Source of the DNA: Nitrospinales bacterium
GTDB taxonomy: Bacteria > Nitrospinota > Nitrospinia > Nitrospinales > VA-1
Direction of reading: 5' to 3'
DNA length: 64,000 bases
Assembly: GCA_965263085.1 (NCBI GenBank)
Contig: OZ253582.1
Coordinates: forward strand, 1,571,579-1,635,578
Each line of letters starts with the position of its first letter. Within the stretch, counting starts at the first letter, position 1. The notes under the pieces were generated by a model. The model had not been told where the DNA came from and did not search any database. It saw only the letters and a list, made by a program, of their open reading frames with translations. A program made the translations under genes and the position numbers. Shown here one piece after another: positions 47,427 to 56,927 of the stretch.

Positions 47427-48052
47427 GTTTCCCCCTTTTGCGAATTGTATTCCTCAAAGTAGCCGGAGAGTTTTTTCCGCAAAAACAATCGGGCCCGGTG
47501 CAGTCTTGACTTTACAGCTGGAATGGTCAGGTCTAATATCTCGCTCACTTGTTCGGTTGAGAGGCCTTCTGCGTCCCGCAATAAGAAAACCACTTTTTCC
47601 TTTTCCGGCAAAAGGCCGACAGCTTTGTTGATGACTTCGCGTGCTTCACGGGCGAACAACAATGATTCGGTATTTTCCGACCAGTCCTGAATTTTCTCCT
47701 GTTGGAACCCCGCACCGTTAAATGATGGAAGTAATTCGTCGATGGAAATGTTGGGTTCCTTTTTCTTGCTCCTCAACTTCATATAGCTGGCATTCAAGGT
47801 AATGCGATAAACCCAACTTGAAAACGCCGATTTGCCCTGAAACATGTTGATCTTCCTGAACAGAGTCAGGAGAACCTCCTGGGTCACATCCTGGGCGTCC
47901 ATCTGGTTACGCATCAGGTTGAAACTGAGGGCATATATTCTATTTTGATAAAGCTCAGCGATCTTGTTATAGGCTTCAAGATTACCAGCTTGAAGATCCC
48001 TGACCAAGGCTTCTTCTATCTCTTTATCTTCTTTTTGCTGGGTGAAGGACAT
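47423..48052 (-). CDS. ECF-type RNA polymerase sigma factor (sigma-70 family, group 4)
   Basis: Region 2 (AQDVTQEVLLTLFRK...FSSWVYRITLN) and region 4 (EGLSTEQVSEILDLTIPAVKSRLHRAR). Confidence 0.9.
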   Translation of the reverse strand: MSFTQQKEDKEIEEALVRDLQAGNLEAYNKIAELYQNRIYALSFNLMRNQMDAQDVTQEVLLTLFRKINMFQGKSAFSSWVYRITLNASYMKLRSKKKEPNISIDELLPSFNGAGFQQEKIQDWSENTESLLFAREAREVINKAVGLLPEKEKVVFLLRDAEGLSTEQVSEILDLTIPAVKSRLHRARLFLRKKLSGYFEEYNSQKGET

Positions 48053-48204
48053 AAAAGAGCAAATCCAGTTTTATTTTCTGTTGGGAAAAGGCATGGTTTC
48101 TTTCACGGGAACCTGCCGGGATTTGCGATTTCCCCCTTTTATTCCAGTTATTTTAGGATGCTTCTAAATACAAAGCGATTCGTCAAATAAAGGCGAAACC
48201 TTGT

Positions 48205-48232
48205 AAAAAAACCCGTCCTGTAAGGGGGAGGG
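48205..48232 (-). terminator. Probable rho-independent terminator after tatA
   Basis: On the minus strand: CCCTCC-cccttaca-GGA(C)GGG followed by T7. Confidence 0.45.
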
Positions 48233-48250
48233 AATAAGGGGTTGGGTGGC

Positions 48251-48514
48251 TTATTTGTCTTCCGGTTCAGGGGTAGAGGCTACAGGGTTCTCAGCAGTTT
48301 CTGGTTCATCGCTACTTTCTTTTGCCCCCTCTTCTGCTGCGTCGGTCGCTTCCGGAAGTTCTTCTGTATTCTCTTCGGCTTCTTTCATGGATTTTTTGAA
48401 GTTCCGAATGCTGTTACCAAAAGCGCTGCCAATTTCTGGTAGCTTTCCAGCTCCGAAGATAATCATGATAATGACCAAAATGATCATTAATTCTGGAAAA
48501 CCTATTCCCATCAT
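48251..48514 (-). CDS. tatA: Twin-arginine translocase subunit TatA/E
   Basis: [41 protein letters not shown] followed by an acidic tail. I prefer ATG 48514. Confidence 0.92.
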   Translation of the reverse strand: MMGIGFPELMIILVIIMIIFGAGKLPEIGSAFGNSIRNFKKSMKEAEENTEELPEATDAAEEGAKESSDEPETAENPVASTPEPEDK

Positions 48515-48653
48515 AGCGAAAATCCCTTTATGGATTTGAGAAAGCACTAATTATAACACAAACAGTTATGAAGAAAAACGCAAATAATTACCTGGAATTT
48601 GGTGGCTTTTATGCTACAATCCAGCGTCCTAATGGATGCGGTAGAATGGGCTT

Positions 48654-49265
48654 TTGCAAAACAATAATGTGAAGATTATTTTGTGTGTGGTTCCTTGGCT
48701 TGCGGTTCTCTTAATGTTTAATGTAGCGACTGCGGGAGTTGAAAGCTTTACACAAAGATTTGAGAAAGAAAACTCCGATTTTGGCGCCCAATTTGGTTGG
48801 GGTGAGACCGTAGATATCCCCTCAGGACTCGACCGCACGGATTTGGGGTTCGCGTTCTTTTTTCCAAACTGGCAATACAACCTGACTGGGTTGATTGGCG
48901 ATTCTTGGTATCGTGGTGCGTGGTTTTACCATATGGAAGCTGGGTTGGCTTTGTCTGATCGAAGTAAATACTTGGTCGGATGGTCGCCGCTAATGGTGCA
49001 ATACAAATTTTTCAGTTCTGAAAGAAGATGGTCGCCGAACTTTCTCTTTGGCGGGGGATTTGCGTTGACGAATTGGAAAGATGTTGCGTACGAACTGGGC
49101 AGTGAGCTCCAATTTCTGCTTCATTGCGGAGCTGGATTGGAATACTTCAAAAAAGAAGGCACCTATTCTGTTAATTATCGCTTCTTCCATGTTTCAAACG
49201 GGGGCATTCGATTGCCCAATACCGGACTCAATGCCCACCTCTTCACATTGGGTGTGCGCTTCTAG
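48654..49265 (+). CDS. Outer-membrane acyloxyacyl hydrolase / lipid A deacylase (PagL-like)
   Basis: Signal peptide, beta-barrel-like alternation, FHVSNGG (His-x-Ser catalytic pattern) and a C-terminal ...LGVRF. The start codon is uncertain (TTG 48654 or GTG 48669). Confidence 0.65.
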   Translation: MQNNNVKIILCVVPWLAVLLMFNVATAGVESFTQRFEKENSDFGAQFGWGETVDIPSGLDRTDLGFAFFFPNWQYNLTGLIGDSWYRGAWFYHMEAGLALSDRSKYLVGWSPLMVQYKFFSSERRWSPNFLFGGGFALTNWKDVAYELGSELQFLLHCGAGLEYFKKEGTYSVNYRFFHVSNGGIRLPNTGLNAHLFTLGVRF

Positions 49266-49387
49266 CAGGCAGCCTCCACCCGTAAAACAGGAATAGCAAG
49301 CTCATCCCAGCTAGGAAACTTTTTTCTTACCACTAAAGTTCTTCCAATTTGATTGTGGGCACTGCCCCGCGAAGTATAATAACCCTC

Positions 49388-52105
49388 ATGTCATTCTCAT
49401 CCGCGAATGGTTTTCTCAGTCGTTTCCTTTCCGCTATCGAGCGTTTTGCCTATCGACGTTCTCTGCTCGTTGTTTCCGTATCCTTGGTTTTAGCCATCCT
49501 GTCTTTGTGGGTGACCGCACAAAAACTCACTTTTAAAACCGGACGCGGCGATCTTGTCGCCAAAGATTTGCCTTATGTCGAGCTATATAAAAATTACCGC
49601 GCGCAATTTGAGGATCTGAGCGGCATGGTTGTGGTGGTGGAAGGGAAAAATTCTTCCAACATGGCCGACTTTGCTGAAGCGCTGAATAAAAAACTTAAAT
49701 CCCAGCCTCATCTGTTTTCCAGAGTTGTCTACAAAATTGATGTCGACTATTTCCGCTCGCGGTTCCTGCTTTATCTTGATCGGGATGAATTGGAAACTTT
49801 GGGGCGCAAGCTGGAATCCCATCAGGGCTTTATCGCATCGGTGAACGCATCGCCCGGACTTAATCCGCTTTTGTCCAGCATCAATACTGAAATCAGTTCT
49901 GGCATGGTCGATTCCCTGCTGACCGATTTTCTTGGCGGGGAAGACGAGGAAGACAGCAAGGATGAGGGAGACCTTAATCTTTTGATCCGGCTTTTGGAAG
50001 AAATGACCCGGTTTCTGACAGGTGAAACCAGTTATCGTTCACCTTGGCAGGCGTTATTTAAAGGTGGCAGCAACTCCTTGCGCGATAAGGGATATATGGT
50101 CTCTGAAGATGAAGACCTGCTTTTCATTTTGGTAGTGCCCAACGATGACGAAACCAGTTTCACAGGTTACAAGGACGCGGTCAATCAGGCTCGCCAATTC
50201 ATAGCCGAAACCAAAAAAGATTTTCCCGATGTAACAGTCGGGCTCACCGGCGAAGATGTGATCTCTAGCGATGAAATGGTGACCACACAGTCTGATGTTG
50301 AGGCCGCATCCAAAATCGCTCTGATAGGTGTCTCCCTGTTATTCATCATCGTCTATCGGGGAGTGGTCAAACCCCTTCTGGCTGTGTTCTGCCTTTTGCT
50401 CGGTTTGAGCTGGACGATGGGGTTCACCACCCTGACCATCGGCCACTTGAATATTCTTTCCGTGGTGTTCACCACCATCCTTATTGGGCTGGGTATAGAT
50501 TTTGGAATACATATCCTCGAACGCTTTAAGGAGGAACGCCAGCAGGGCAGCGAAACCCTGCCAGCCTTGCGAAAAACGTTACAGGGAACAGGCAGGGGGA
50601 ATTTTGCCGGCGCTATCACCACCGCTATGGCGTTTGGTGCCATGGCGCTGACCGACTTCATTGGTATTGCGGAACTGGGTTGGATCGCCGGATGGGGGAT
50701 TCTTTTCTGCGTGGTTGCCATGCTCCTGGTGCTCCCCGCGCTGGTCACGCTGGAAGAAAAATGGCGCAAGCCGGGTTACGTACAGGCAAAATCCGCCGCT
50801 GTCAAACAAAGAAAGGGCATTGATAATTTGTTCGATCATTACTATCTCATTATCGGATTGTGTGCCGTTCTGGTTACCATCGCTTCTTTGTCATTGAAAG
50901 ACCTGCGCTTTGATTACAACCTGCTCAACCTGCAGGCCAAGGGAACCGAGGCGGTTCAATATGAGATGAAAATTCTTGAAAGTGCCGGGAGATCCGCCTG
51001 GTCCGCCGCCATGCTTGCCGATTCTTTGGAAGAGATCCAGGAAAAGGAACGCCAACTCAAGGCCCTGCCAACGGTGGCCAGGGTTGAGAGCGTCACAGCG
51101 GTGATCCCTGATAATCAGGAAGAAAACGCGCGCTCCATCCGCGAAAATCTTGCTCCGCTTTTAAACGATCTTGAAGTGAAACCCGAAGACGCGGACTTTT
51201 CCTTAAAAGCGCTGAACAAAACTCTCAAACGCGTCCAGTTTAAACTGCGAGGCAGGGAGGGTGACCTGCTCGATCAGGTGCGGGTGGCGGGCGACCGGGT
51301 TAGGAATTTTATGGAGCAAAGCCGGAAGGTGGAATCGGGTCTGGCGGAAAAAAGACTCGAAAATTTCTCGCGATTGCTGTTCGCCGATTATCGTAACCTT
51401 ATGGAAGAACTCCAAGCCAATGCTGAAGTACGGCTGGTGAAACTGGAAGAAATTCCCGAAACCCTGAGGAATCGTTATATCTCGCGGAAAGGTAAATATG
51501 TGGCGCATATTTTCCCCAGCGTGGATGTCTGGGATATAGATCAACGCCAAAAATATTTAAACGACTTGAGATCAATAGATCCGAATGTCACTGGCAACGC
51601 GGTGCATATGTTTGAGTCTACTCGGTTGATGACAGAAGGTTATGTTAGCGGCGGACTCTACGCCATGACCGCAATCATTATTTATGTGTCCTTCCTGTTT
51701 AGAAACCTGCGCGCAGTTTTTTTCGTTCTTCTTCCGGTGCTGGCAGGGTCGATCTGGACGGCGGGTGTTATGGAGCTGATCGGGCTCAGGCTGAACATGG
51801 CGAACCTCGTCATCCTGCCGCTCATTCTCGGCATTGGTGTGGTCAACGGCATTCACATCACCCACCGTTATCGGGAAGAAGAAGATAAAAACACCAGTGT
51901 TTTGGGGAAAAGCACCGGTCAGGCTGTTCTGCTCAGTTCTCTCACTACGATGATCGGGTTTGGCAGTATGATGGTGGCCGACCATTATGGTGTTTTCAGC
52001 CTGGGGCTGGTGCTGACCTTGGGTGTGTTCAACTGCCTTATCGCGTCTGTCACATTTCTGCCCGCGCTCCTGAAACTCAGCACTGCCAGAAACTGGAAAG
52101 TCTAG
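49388..52105 (+). CDS. MMPL/RND-superfamily transporter (HpnN-like, two 6-TM bundles with periplasmic domains)
   Basis: Two homologous TM blocks (GLGIDFGIHILERFKEE and LGIGVVNGIHITHRYREE). I prefer ATG 49388 to TTG 49349. Confidence 0.82.
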   Translation: MSFSSANGFLSRFLSAIERFAYRRSLLVVSVSLVLAILSLWVTAQKLTFKTGRGDLVAKDLPYVELYKNYRAQFEDLSGMVVVVEGKNSSNMADFAEALNKKLKSQPHLFSRVVYKIDVDYFRSRFLLYLDRDELETLGRKLESHQGFIASVNASPGLNPLLSSINTEISSGMVDSLLTDFLGGEDEEDSKDEGDLNLLIRLLEEMTRFLTGETSYRSPWQALFKGGSNSLRDKGYMVSEDEDLLFILVVPNDDETSFTGYKDAVNQARQFIAETKKDFPDVTVGLTGEDVISSDEMVTTQSDVEAASKIALIGVSLLFIIVYRGVVKPLLAVFCLLLGLSWTMGFTTLTIGHLNILSVVFTTILIGLGIDFGIHILERFKEERQQGSETLPALRKTLQGTGRGNFAGAITTAMAFGAMALTDFIGIAELGWIAGWGILFCVVAMLLVLPALVTLEEKWRKPGYVQAKSAAVKQRKGIDNLFDHYYLIIGLCAVLVTIASLSLKDLRFDYNLLNLQAKGTEAVQYEMKILESAGRSAWSAAMLADSLEEIQEKERQLKALPTVARVESVTAVIPDNQEENARSIRENLAPLLNDLEVKPEDADFSLKALNKTLKRVQFKLRGREGDLLDQVRVAGDRVRNFMEQSRKVESGLAEKRLENFSRLLFADYRNLMEELQANAEVRLVKLEEIPETLRNRYISRKGKYVAHIFPSVDVWDIDQRQKYLNDLRSIDPNVTGNAVHMFESTRLMTEGYVSGGLYAMTAIIIYVSFLFRNLRAVFFVLLPVLAGSIWTAGVMELIGLRLNMANLVILPLILGIGVVNGIHITHRYREEEDKNTSVLGKSTGQAVLLSSLTTMIGFGSMMVADHYGVFSLGLVLTLGVFNCLIASVTFLPALLKLSTARNWKV

Positions 52106-52388
52106 CCAGCGTGACGCGAGGCTCAATGTGATGCTGATATCCCTCTTTAACCTTCGTGCCCAATAACCCGTCACAGTGTGGTAGAATCTCCTTAAACCTT
52201 AAAAGGCCGTGGTATAGGCGAGGACAGCTGAAATCTTGCCCGTGGTCGGCGCACTTCCACTGACCGTATAATAAAAACGAGTATACTGCTTATCCGTGTT
52301 GAAAAGACTTGTTTGGGCCAGTCTTGCGACCTTAGGGGTTATTAAGCATCTTAGAAGGAACGTAATATTTAATAGAATGGGTTTGGAT

Positions 52389-53210
52389 ATGGCGATTCAG
52401 TTCACAAAAATGAGCGGCAGTGGCAACGATTTCATCATCATTGATAATCGGGTGCCGGTCATGGACGGCGCGAAGAAAGTCGATTTCGTCCGGCGCGTGT
52501 GTGGCCGAAAAATATCCATCGGCGCGGATGGGGTGATCTTTGTCGAGAACTCGGATAAAGCCGATATCAAATGGGATTTTTATAACGAAGACGGTTCCTC
52601 CGCTGAGATGTGCGGCAATGGCGGCCGTTGTGTGGCTCGCTACGCGGTGGAAAAGAACATCGCTCCTACTAAAATGACTTTAGAAACTCTGGCCGGGATC
52701 ATTGGCGCAGAGGTTAATGGAGCGACCGTAAAGGTCAGACTCACTAAGCCGGAAAATTTACGGCAGGATATTTCGGTTGCCCTGAATAGAACTGAATATA
52801 AGGTTGATAGCCTTAACACCGGCGTGCCGCACGCCATCATTTATTCCGATAATGTTGAGGAGGTGAATGTGAGAGAGGCGGGTTACGGCATCCGTTTCCA
52901 CGACGCGTTCGCCCCGACCGGGACTAATGTTGATTTTGTGGAGAAGGTCGGTGACCGGGCGCTTAAGGTCCGTACCTACGAACGCGGAGTGGAAGATGAA
53001 ACCTTGGCCTGCGGTACGGGAGTGGTGGCCTCGGCCTTGTTATCTTTTTATAAAAAAATGGTACTGCCCCCCGTTGAGGTGGAAACTCGGGGAGGGGATA
53101 TTTTGAAAGTAGATTTTGCAGTGGTCAATGGTGATGCCACCAAAAGCCCGGAGGTTTATCTGGAAGGACTCACCCGCATCGCTTTTGAAGGCACGCTTGC
53201 AGAATATTAA
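52389..53210 (+). CDS. dapF: Diaminopimelate epimerase
   Basis: FTKMSGSGNDFIIIDN, EMCGNGGRC and ETLACGTG (both catalytic Cys). I prefer ATG 52389. Confidence 0.93.
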   Translation: MAIQFTKMSGSGNDFIIIDNRVPVMDGAKKVDFVRRVCGRKISIGADGVIFVENSDKADIKWDFYNEDGSSAEMCGNGGRCVARYAVEKNIAPTKMTLETLAGIIGAEVNGATVKVRLTKPENLRQDISVALNRTEYKVDSLNTGVPHAIIYSDNVEEVNVREAGYGIRFHDAFAPTGTNVDFVEKVGDRALKVRTYERGVEDETLACGTGVVASALLSFYKKMVLPPVEVETRGGDILKVDFAVVNGDATKSPEVYLEGLTRIAFEGTLAEY

Positions 53211-53228
53211 CCCATATATCAGGTTCCC

Positions 53229-54101
53229 ATGTTTGAAGGATCGCTTGTTGCTATAGTGACTCCGTTTAAAGACGGAAAAGTAGACGCCTCGTCCCTGCGC
53301 AGGTTGATCGAGTTTCATATAGAAAGTGGAACCAGCGGTATTGTGCCCTGCGGCACCACTGGCGAGTCGGCCACCTTAAACCACGCCGAGCATGCAGAGG
53401 TGATTCGGATTGCCGTTGAAACTTGCGAAGGACGGATTCCCGTTCTGGCAGGTACGGGTTCCAATGCCACGAGAGAGGCAGTGGAGTTGACCCAGCGCGC
53501 TCAGAAAATTGGTGCCGATGGAGCGTTGTTGATCACGCCCTATTACAACAAGCCGACTCAGGAGGGTTTGTTCCAGCATTTTTCCGCTGTAGCGAAAGAG
53601 ACCGATCTGCCTGTCATTCTTTATAATGTTCCCAGTCGCACCTCCATCAATATGGTGCCGGATACCGTAGCGCGTTTGAGTTCTGTCAAAAATATTATCG
53701 GTATTAAAGAGGCATCCGGTTCTTTGGTGCAGGTCAGCGAGATTATTGATTCCTGCGGGCCGGATTTTGAAGTGCTTTCGGGTGAGGACGCGCTGACGTG
53801 GCCGATTCTCGCCATTGGCGGCAAAGGGGTGATCTCGGTGACGGCTAACTTGGTTCCTGACAAGTTCGCCAAACTGGTACAGGCGGCCCAGTCAGGGGAT
53901 TTGGAAACGGCAAGGGCTCTACACTACGAGTTGTTGAGGTTGAACGACATCATGTTCATCGAGACCAATCCTATTCCTGTCAAAGCCGCTCTGGCGCTCA
54001 TGGGTCGGATCGAAAATGAATTCCGCCCACCTTTGTGTGCGCCTACAGAAGCACATCTGTCGCAATTGAAAACCACGCTCAATGCCTACGCCTTGGTGTG
54101 A
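53229..54101 (+). CDS. dapA: 4-hydroxy-tetrahydrodipicolinate synthase
   Basis: GSLVAIVTPF, VPCGTTGES, ITPYYNKP, YNVPSRT and IGIKEASG. Confidence 0.96.
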   Translation: MFEGSLVAIVTPFKDGKVDASSLRRLIEFHIESGTSGIVPCGTTGESATLNHAEHAEVIRIAVETCEGRIPVLAGTGSNATREAVELTQRAQKIGADGALLITPYYNKPTQEGLFQHFSAVAKETDLPVILYNVPSRTSINMVPDTVARLSSVKNIIGIKEASGSLVQVSEIIDSCGPDFEVLSGEDALTWPILAIGGKGVISVTANLVPDKFAKLVQAAQSGDLETARALHYELLRLNDIMFIETNPIPVKAALALMGRIENEFRPPLCAPTEAHLSQLKTTLNAYALV

Positions 54102-54282
54102 CCGTTAGGCCCTCTCTGAGGCATGAGAGCTAACGTTGGGAAGATAACATGGGACCAACTGGCGATTGTATTATTTCGCGGTCAACCGACCGCCGCTTTA
54201 GAGGCCATTACTGGTGGAGGCATGGAACAGGTACGCGTCAAGCTGAGGTAACTGTTTACTACCCAGTAGAGGAGGAAAAATT

Positions 54283-55083
54283 TTGACAAAGATTCTTGTT
54301 ATTGGTATCGCTGGGCGTATGGGGAAGGCCATTGCCGGGTGCGTTGAAGACACCGAGGGTGTGGAACTGGTTGGCGGAACCGAGCGAGCCGGTAGTTCAG
54401 ACCTAGGGAAAGATGTGGGAGAAATTGCTGGTATCGGCAACAAGGGTGTAATGATCCTGGATGATCTGGTAACAGCCCTTGAGACCTGTGATGTTGTGAT
54501 AGATTTTACCACTCCTGAGTCGAGTTTGCGGACCTTGAAGGTCTGTGCCGAACAGGGTAGGGCTGTGGTTGTGGGCACGACCGGGTTTTCTGCGGAGCAA
54601 CGCGGAGAGATTGAGGGAATTGGCAAAGAAATCCCCTGTGTCGTGGCTCCCAATATGAGTATTGGTGTTAACGTTTTGTTCAAGCTGGTCGCGGATGCGG
54701 CAAGGGTGTTGGGCGACGCGTACGATGTAGAAATTGTTGAGGCGCATCATAAGCTTAAAAAGGATGCCCCCAGCGGCACCGCTGTGCGTATTTCAGAAAT
54801 CGTTGCCGATTCGTTAGGAAGAAATCTTGATGAGGTTGGTGTTTATGGAAGAAAAGGCCTTACCGTGCGCGCCCCAAAAGAAATAGGCATTCACGCTTTG
54901 CGGGCGGGGGACATCATCGGTGAGCACCGGGTTTTGTTCGGCGGTATGGGAGAAAACTTCGAAGTGTTTCATCGCGCCCAGAGCCGGGAGACTTTTGCAC
55001 GGGGTTCCATTCGCGCCGCCCAATGGATTTTAGGCCAGCCCAACGGTGTCTACGATATGCAGGATGTTTTGGGTTTGCGCTGA
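54283..55083 (+). CDS. dapB: 4-hydroxy-tetrahydrodipicolinate reductase
   Basis: TTG start behind GAGGAGG. ILVIGIAGRMGK, VIDFTTPE, APNMSIGVN and EAHHKLKKDAPSGTA. Confidence 0.95.
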   Translation: MTKILVIGIAGRMGKAIAGCVEDTEGVELVGGTERAGSSDLGKDVGEIAGIGNKGVMILDDLVTALETCDVVIDFTTPESSLRTLKVCAEQGRAVVVGTTGFSAEQRGEIEGIGKEIPCVVAPNMSIGVNVLFKLVADAARVLGDAYDVEIVEAHHKLKKDAPSGTAVRISEIVADSLGRNLDEVGVYGRKGLTVRAPKEIGIHALRAGDIIGEHRVLFGGMGENFEVFHRAQSRETFARGSIRAAQWILGQPNGVYDMQDVLGLR

Positions 55084-55116
55084 ACATACTGAGAACAGTT
55101 ATCGACGTGGCCTGTC

Positions 55117-56922
55117 TTATAGAAACCAGCGCGAGACGGCTTCCTCGAGTTTGCTGAACCAGAGTTGGGCTTCTATGGGGATAAGGCTATTGATATAAGT
55201 CATGTAGCCCGTTGCCAGAACGATGCCCAGCGCGATCAACAGAATGCCGCTGAACAGGTTGGTAGTATGCGCAAAAAAGGTTTTTCCTCCCACAGTAATC
55301 TCCCAGCCTTTGCCGCGAAGTAGGGTCCAGAACAAACCGTCTTTTGGCAGGTTGCCACACACTGTGGCGACGATGATCAGGGGAAGGCCCAGTCCCATAG
55401 CGTAGAAGAAGAGCAGGATCATTCCCTGCGAGACGGTTTTTTCTGAAGCCGCAAACATGAGAATGCTGGAAAGGATAGGTCCGACGCAGGGAGTCCAGCC
55501 TAAGGCGAAGGTTGCGCCAAACAAAAAATATCCTATAAACGTGGAAGCGGGTTTGCCTTGAAAGGTTGCCCCAGAAAAACCTTTTCCGAAAAGAGTCATG
55601 ACACCAAAAACCCCTATGATGCCGCCGCCAATCTGGGTGATTTGGAAGATATAATCCCTGAGGATCTGGCCTAAAGCGCTGGCAGAGGCTCCCATCGCGA
55701 CAAACAGAGATGCCAGCCCGAAAAAGAAAGCCAGGGACATGAGGCCCATGCGCGTCCGGTTAGATTGCGCGGTCACCGCGAAATAAGCGGGAAGAATGGG
55801 TAATGTACAAGGCGATAAGAAACTGAGTGCTCCCGCGATGAAGGCCAGCAGGGTCAGGGCAATGATTCCGGATTCGGGCAGATTGGGTTTAGGTTGAAAA
55901 GGATTCAGGGTTGCAGATTTTGAAACGGTCAATTCTGCTGGCGAAGAAGAAATTGAGGGCGCGGTGTTGGTGAAAGACGCACCTTTTTGGGTTTTCGCGA
56001 AAGCGGAAGCCGCCATTTTCATAGCGGCGGGCTGGGTGGTGCTGGCGCATCGGAAGCCTGTATCTGGAGAGGATTCATTGGCACCCGCGTATTGCCGGTA
56101 ACCGCTACGGGCAAACATCTTCATGGCCTGATTGTACAGAGCACCGGGGAAATGCCCGATATCACTGGCGGAATGGCCGCGTAGGATTTTTAAGCCTGCC
56201 TGATAATATTCGCTTTGATACGTGCTTCCTTTATAAGGTTGGTAATCGTCATTGACCCATTCCCATACATTACCGATTAGGTCATGAACACCTTCCGGGC
56301 TGGCGCTTTTTGGAAAAGAACCGACGGGGATAGGCTGGTTTTTGCTTCCGGGCCGGTCTGAAAGATTGGCCCAGCCTGATTGAAACGTGTTCCCCCAGGG
56401 GTATTCATAGCCCTCCTTACCTCTTGCGGCCCGTTCCCAAAGTTTTTCCGTGGGTAATTTTTTCCCCCCCCATTGGCAGAAATTTACTGCGTCGTACCAG
56501 GTGACATGTGTTACCGGCTCGTTATCTTTACCTTCCGGAAAATTTACGTCTTTCCAGTTGGCTGGAGGAACGGCTCCCAGTGCGTCGATATATTTTTTAT
56601 AGCGCTTGTGGGTGACCTCATAGCGGTCAATATAGAACTCCTTGAGGAAAAATTTTTGTTGCGGAGTTTCGTCAGCGTACCAAGGTTTTGGGATACCTAG
56701 AGAAAGTGCCTCAGCAGCCTCGTCTTTTTTATTGGAGCCGAATAAAAAAGGGCCGGGGGGAATATAGACCATATCTCCTTCAAGGGAATGATCGTGCTCG
56801 GACTGGGGCCACCCCGCATTTGGGTACAGTAAAAGGAGAGCGAACAGGGCGACCACCCGTGCCAATTTAGAAAACAGGCCATAGGCCGGGTTCCGTGTAG
56901 GTGGGGAGTTTCTCATGGACAA
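55117..56922 (-). CDS. Fusion protein: periplasmic FGE/SUMF1-fold domain plus a CcdA/DsbD-type transmembrane thiol-disulfide electron transporter
   Basis: Signal/anchor sequence. FGE hallmarks: YIDRYEVT, VTHVTWYDAVNFC, LPTEKLWERAARG, GNVWEWVND and GFRCAS. CcdA hallmarks: FLSPCTLPILPAY and GWTPCVGPILSSI across about 6 TM segments. Confidence 0.85.
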   Translation of the reverse strand: MSMRNSPPTRNPAYGLFSKLARVVALFALLLLYPNAGWPQSEHDHSLEGDMVYIPPGPFLFGSNKKDEAAEALSLGIPKPWYADETPQQKFFLKEFYIDRYEVTHKRYKKYIDALGAVPPANWKDVNFPEGKDNEPVTHVTWYDAVNFCQWGGKKLPTEKLWERAARGKEGYEYPWGNTFQSGWANLSDRPGSKNQPIPVGSFPKSASPEGVHDLIGNVWEWVNDDYQPYKGSTYQSEYYQAGLKILRGHSASDIGHFPGALYNQAMKMFARSGYRQYAGANESSPDTGFRCASTTQPAAMKMAASAFAKTQKGASFTNTAPSISSSPAELTVSKSATLNPFQPKPNLPESGIIALTLLAFIAGALSFLSPCTLPILPAYFAVTAQSNRTRMGLMSLAFFFGLASLFVAMGASASALGQILRDYIFQITQIGGGIIGVFGVMTLFGKGFSGATFQGKPASTFIGYFLFGATFALGWTPCVGPILSSILMFAASEKTVSQGMILLFFYAMGLGLPLIIVATVCGNLPKDGLFWTLLRGKGWEITVGGKTFFAHTTNLFSGILLIALGIVLATGYMTYINSLIPIEAQLWFSKLEEAVSRWFL

Positions 56923-56927
56923 CGGGC

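Noticed and set aside
52106-52388. A lysine riboswitch (L-box) upstream of dapF-dapA-dapB
   Set aside because: I could not find the conserved L-box core segments by eye. Only a possible extended -10 (TGgTAGAAT, about 52178-52186) is present, which is too weak to call.
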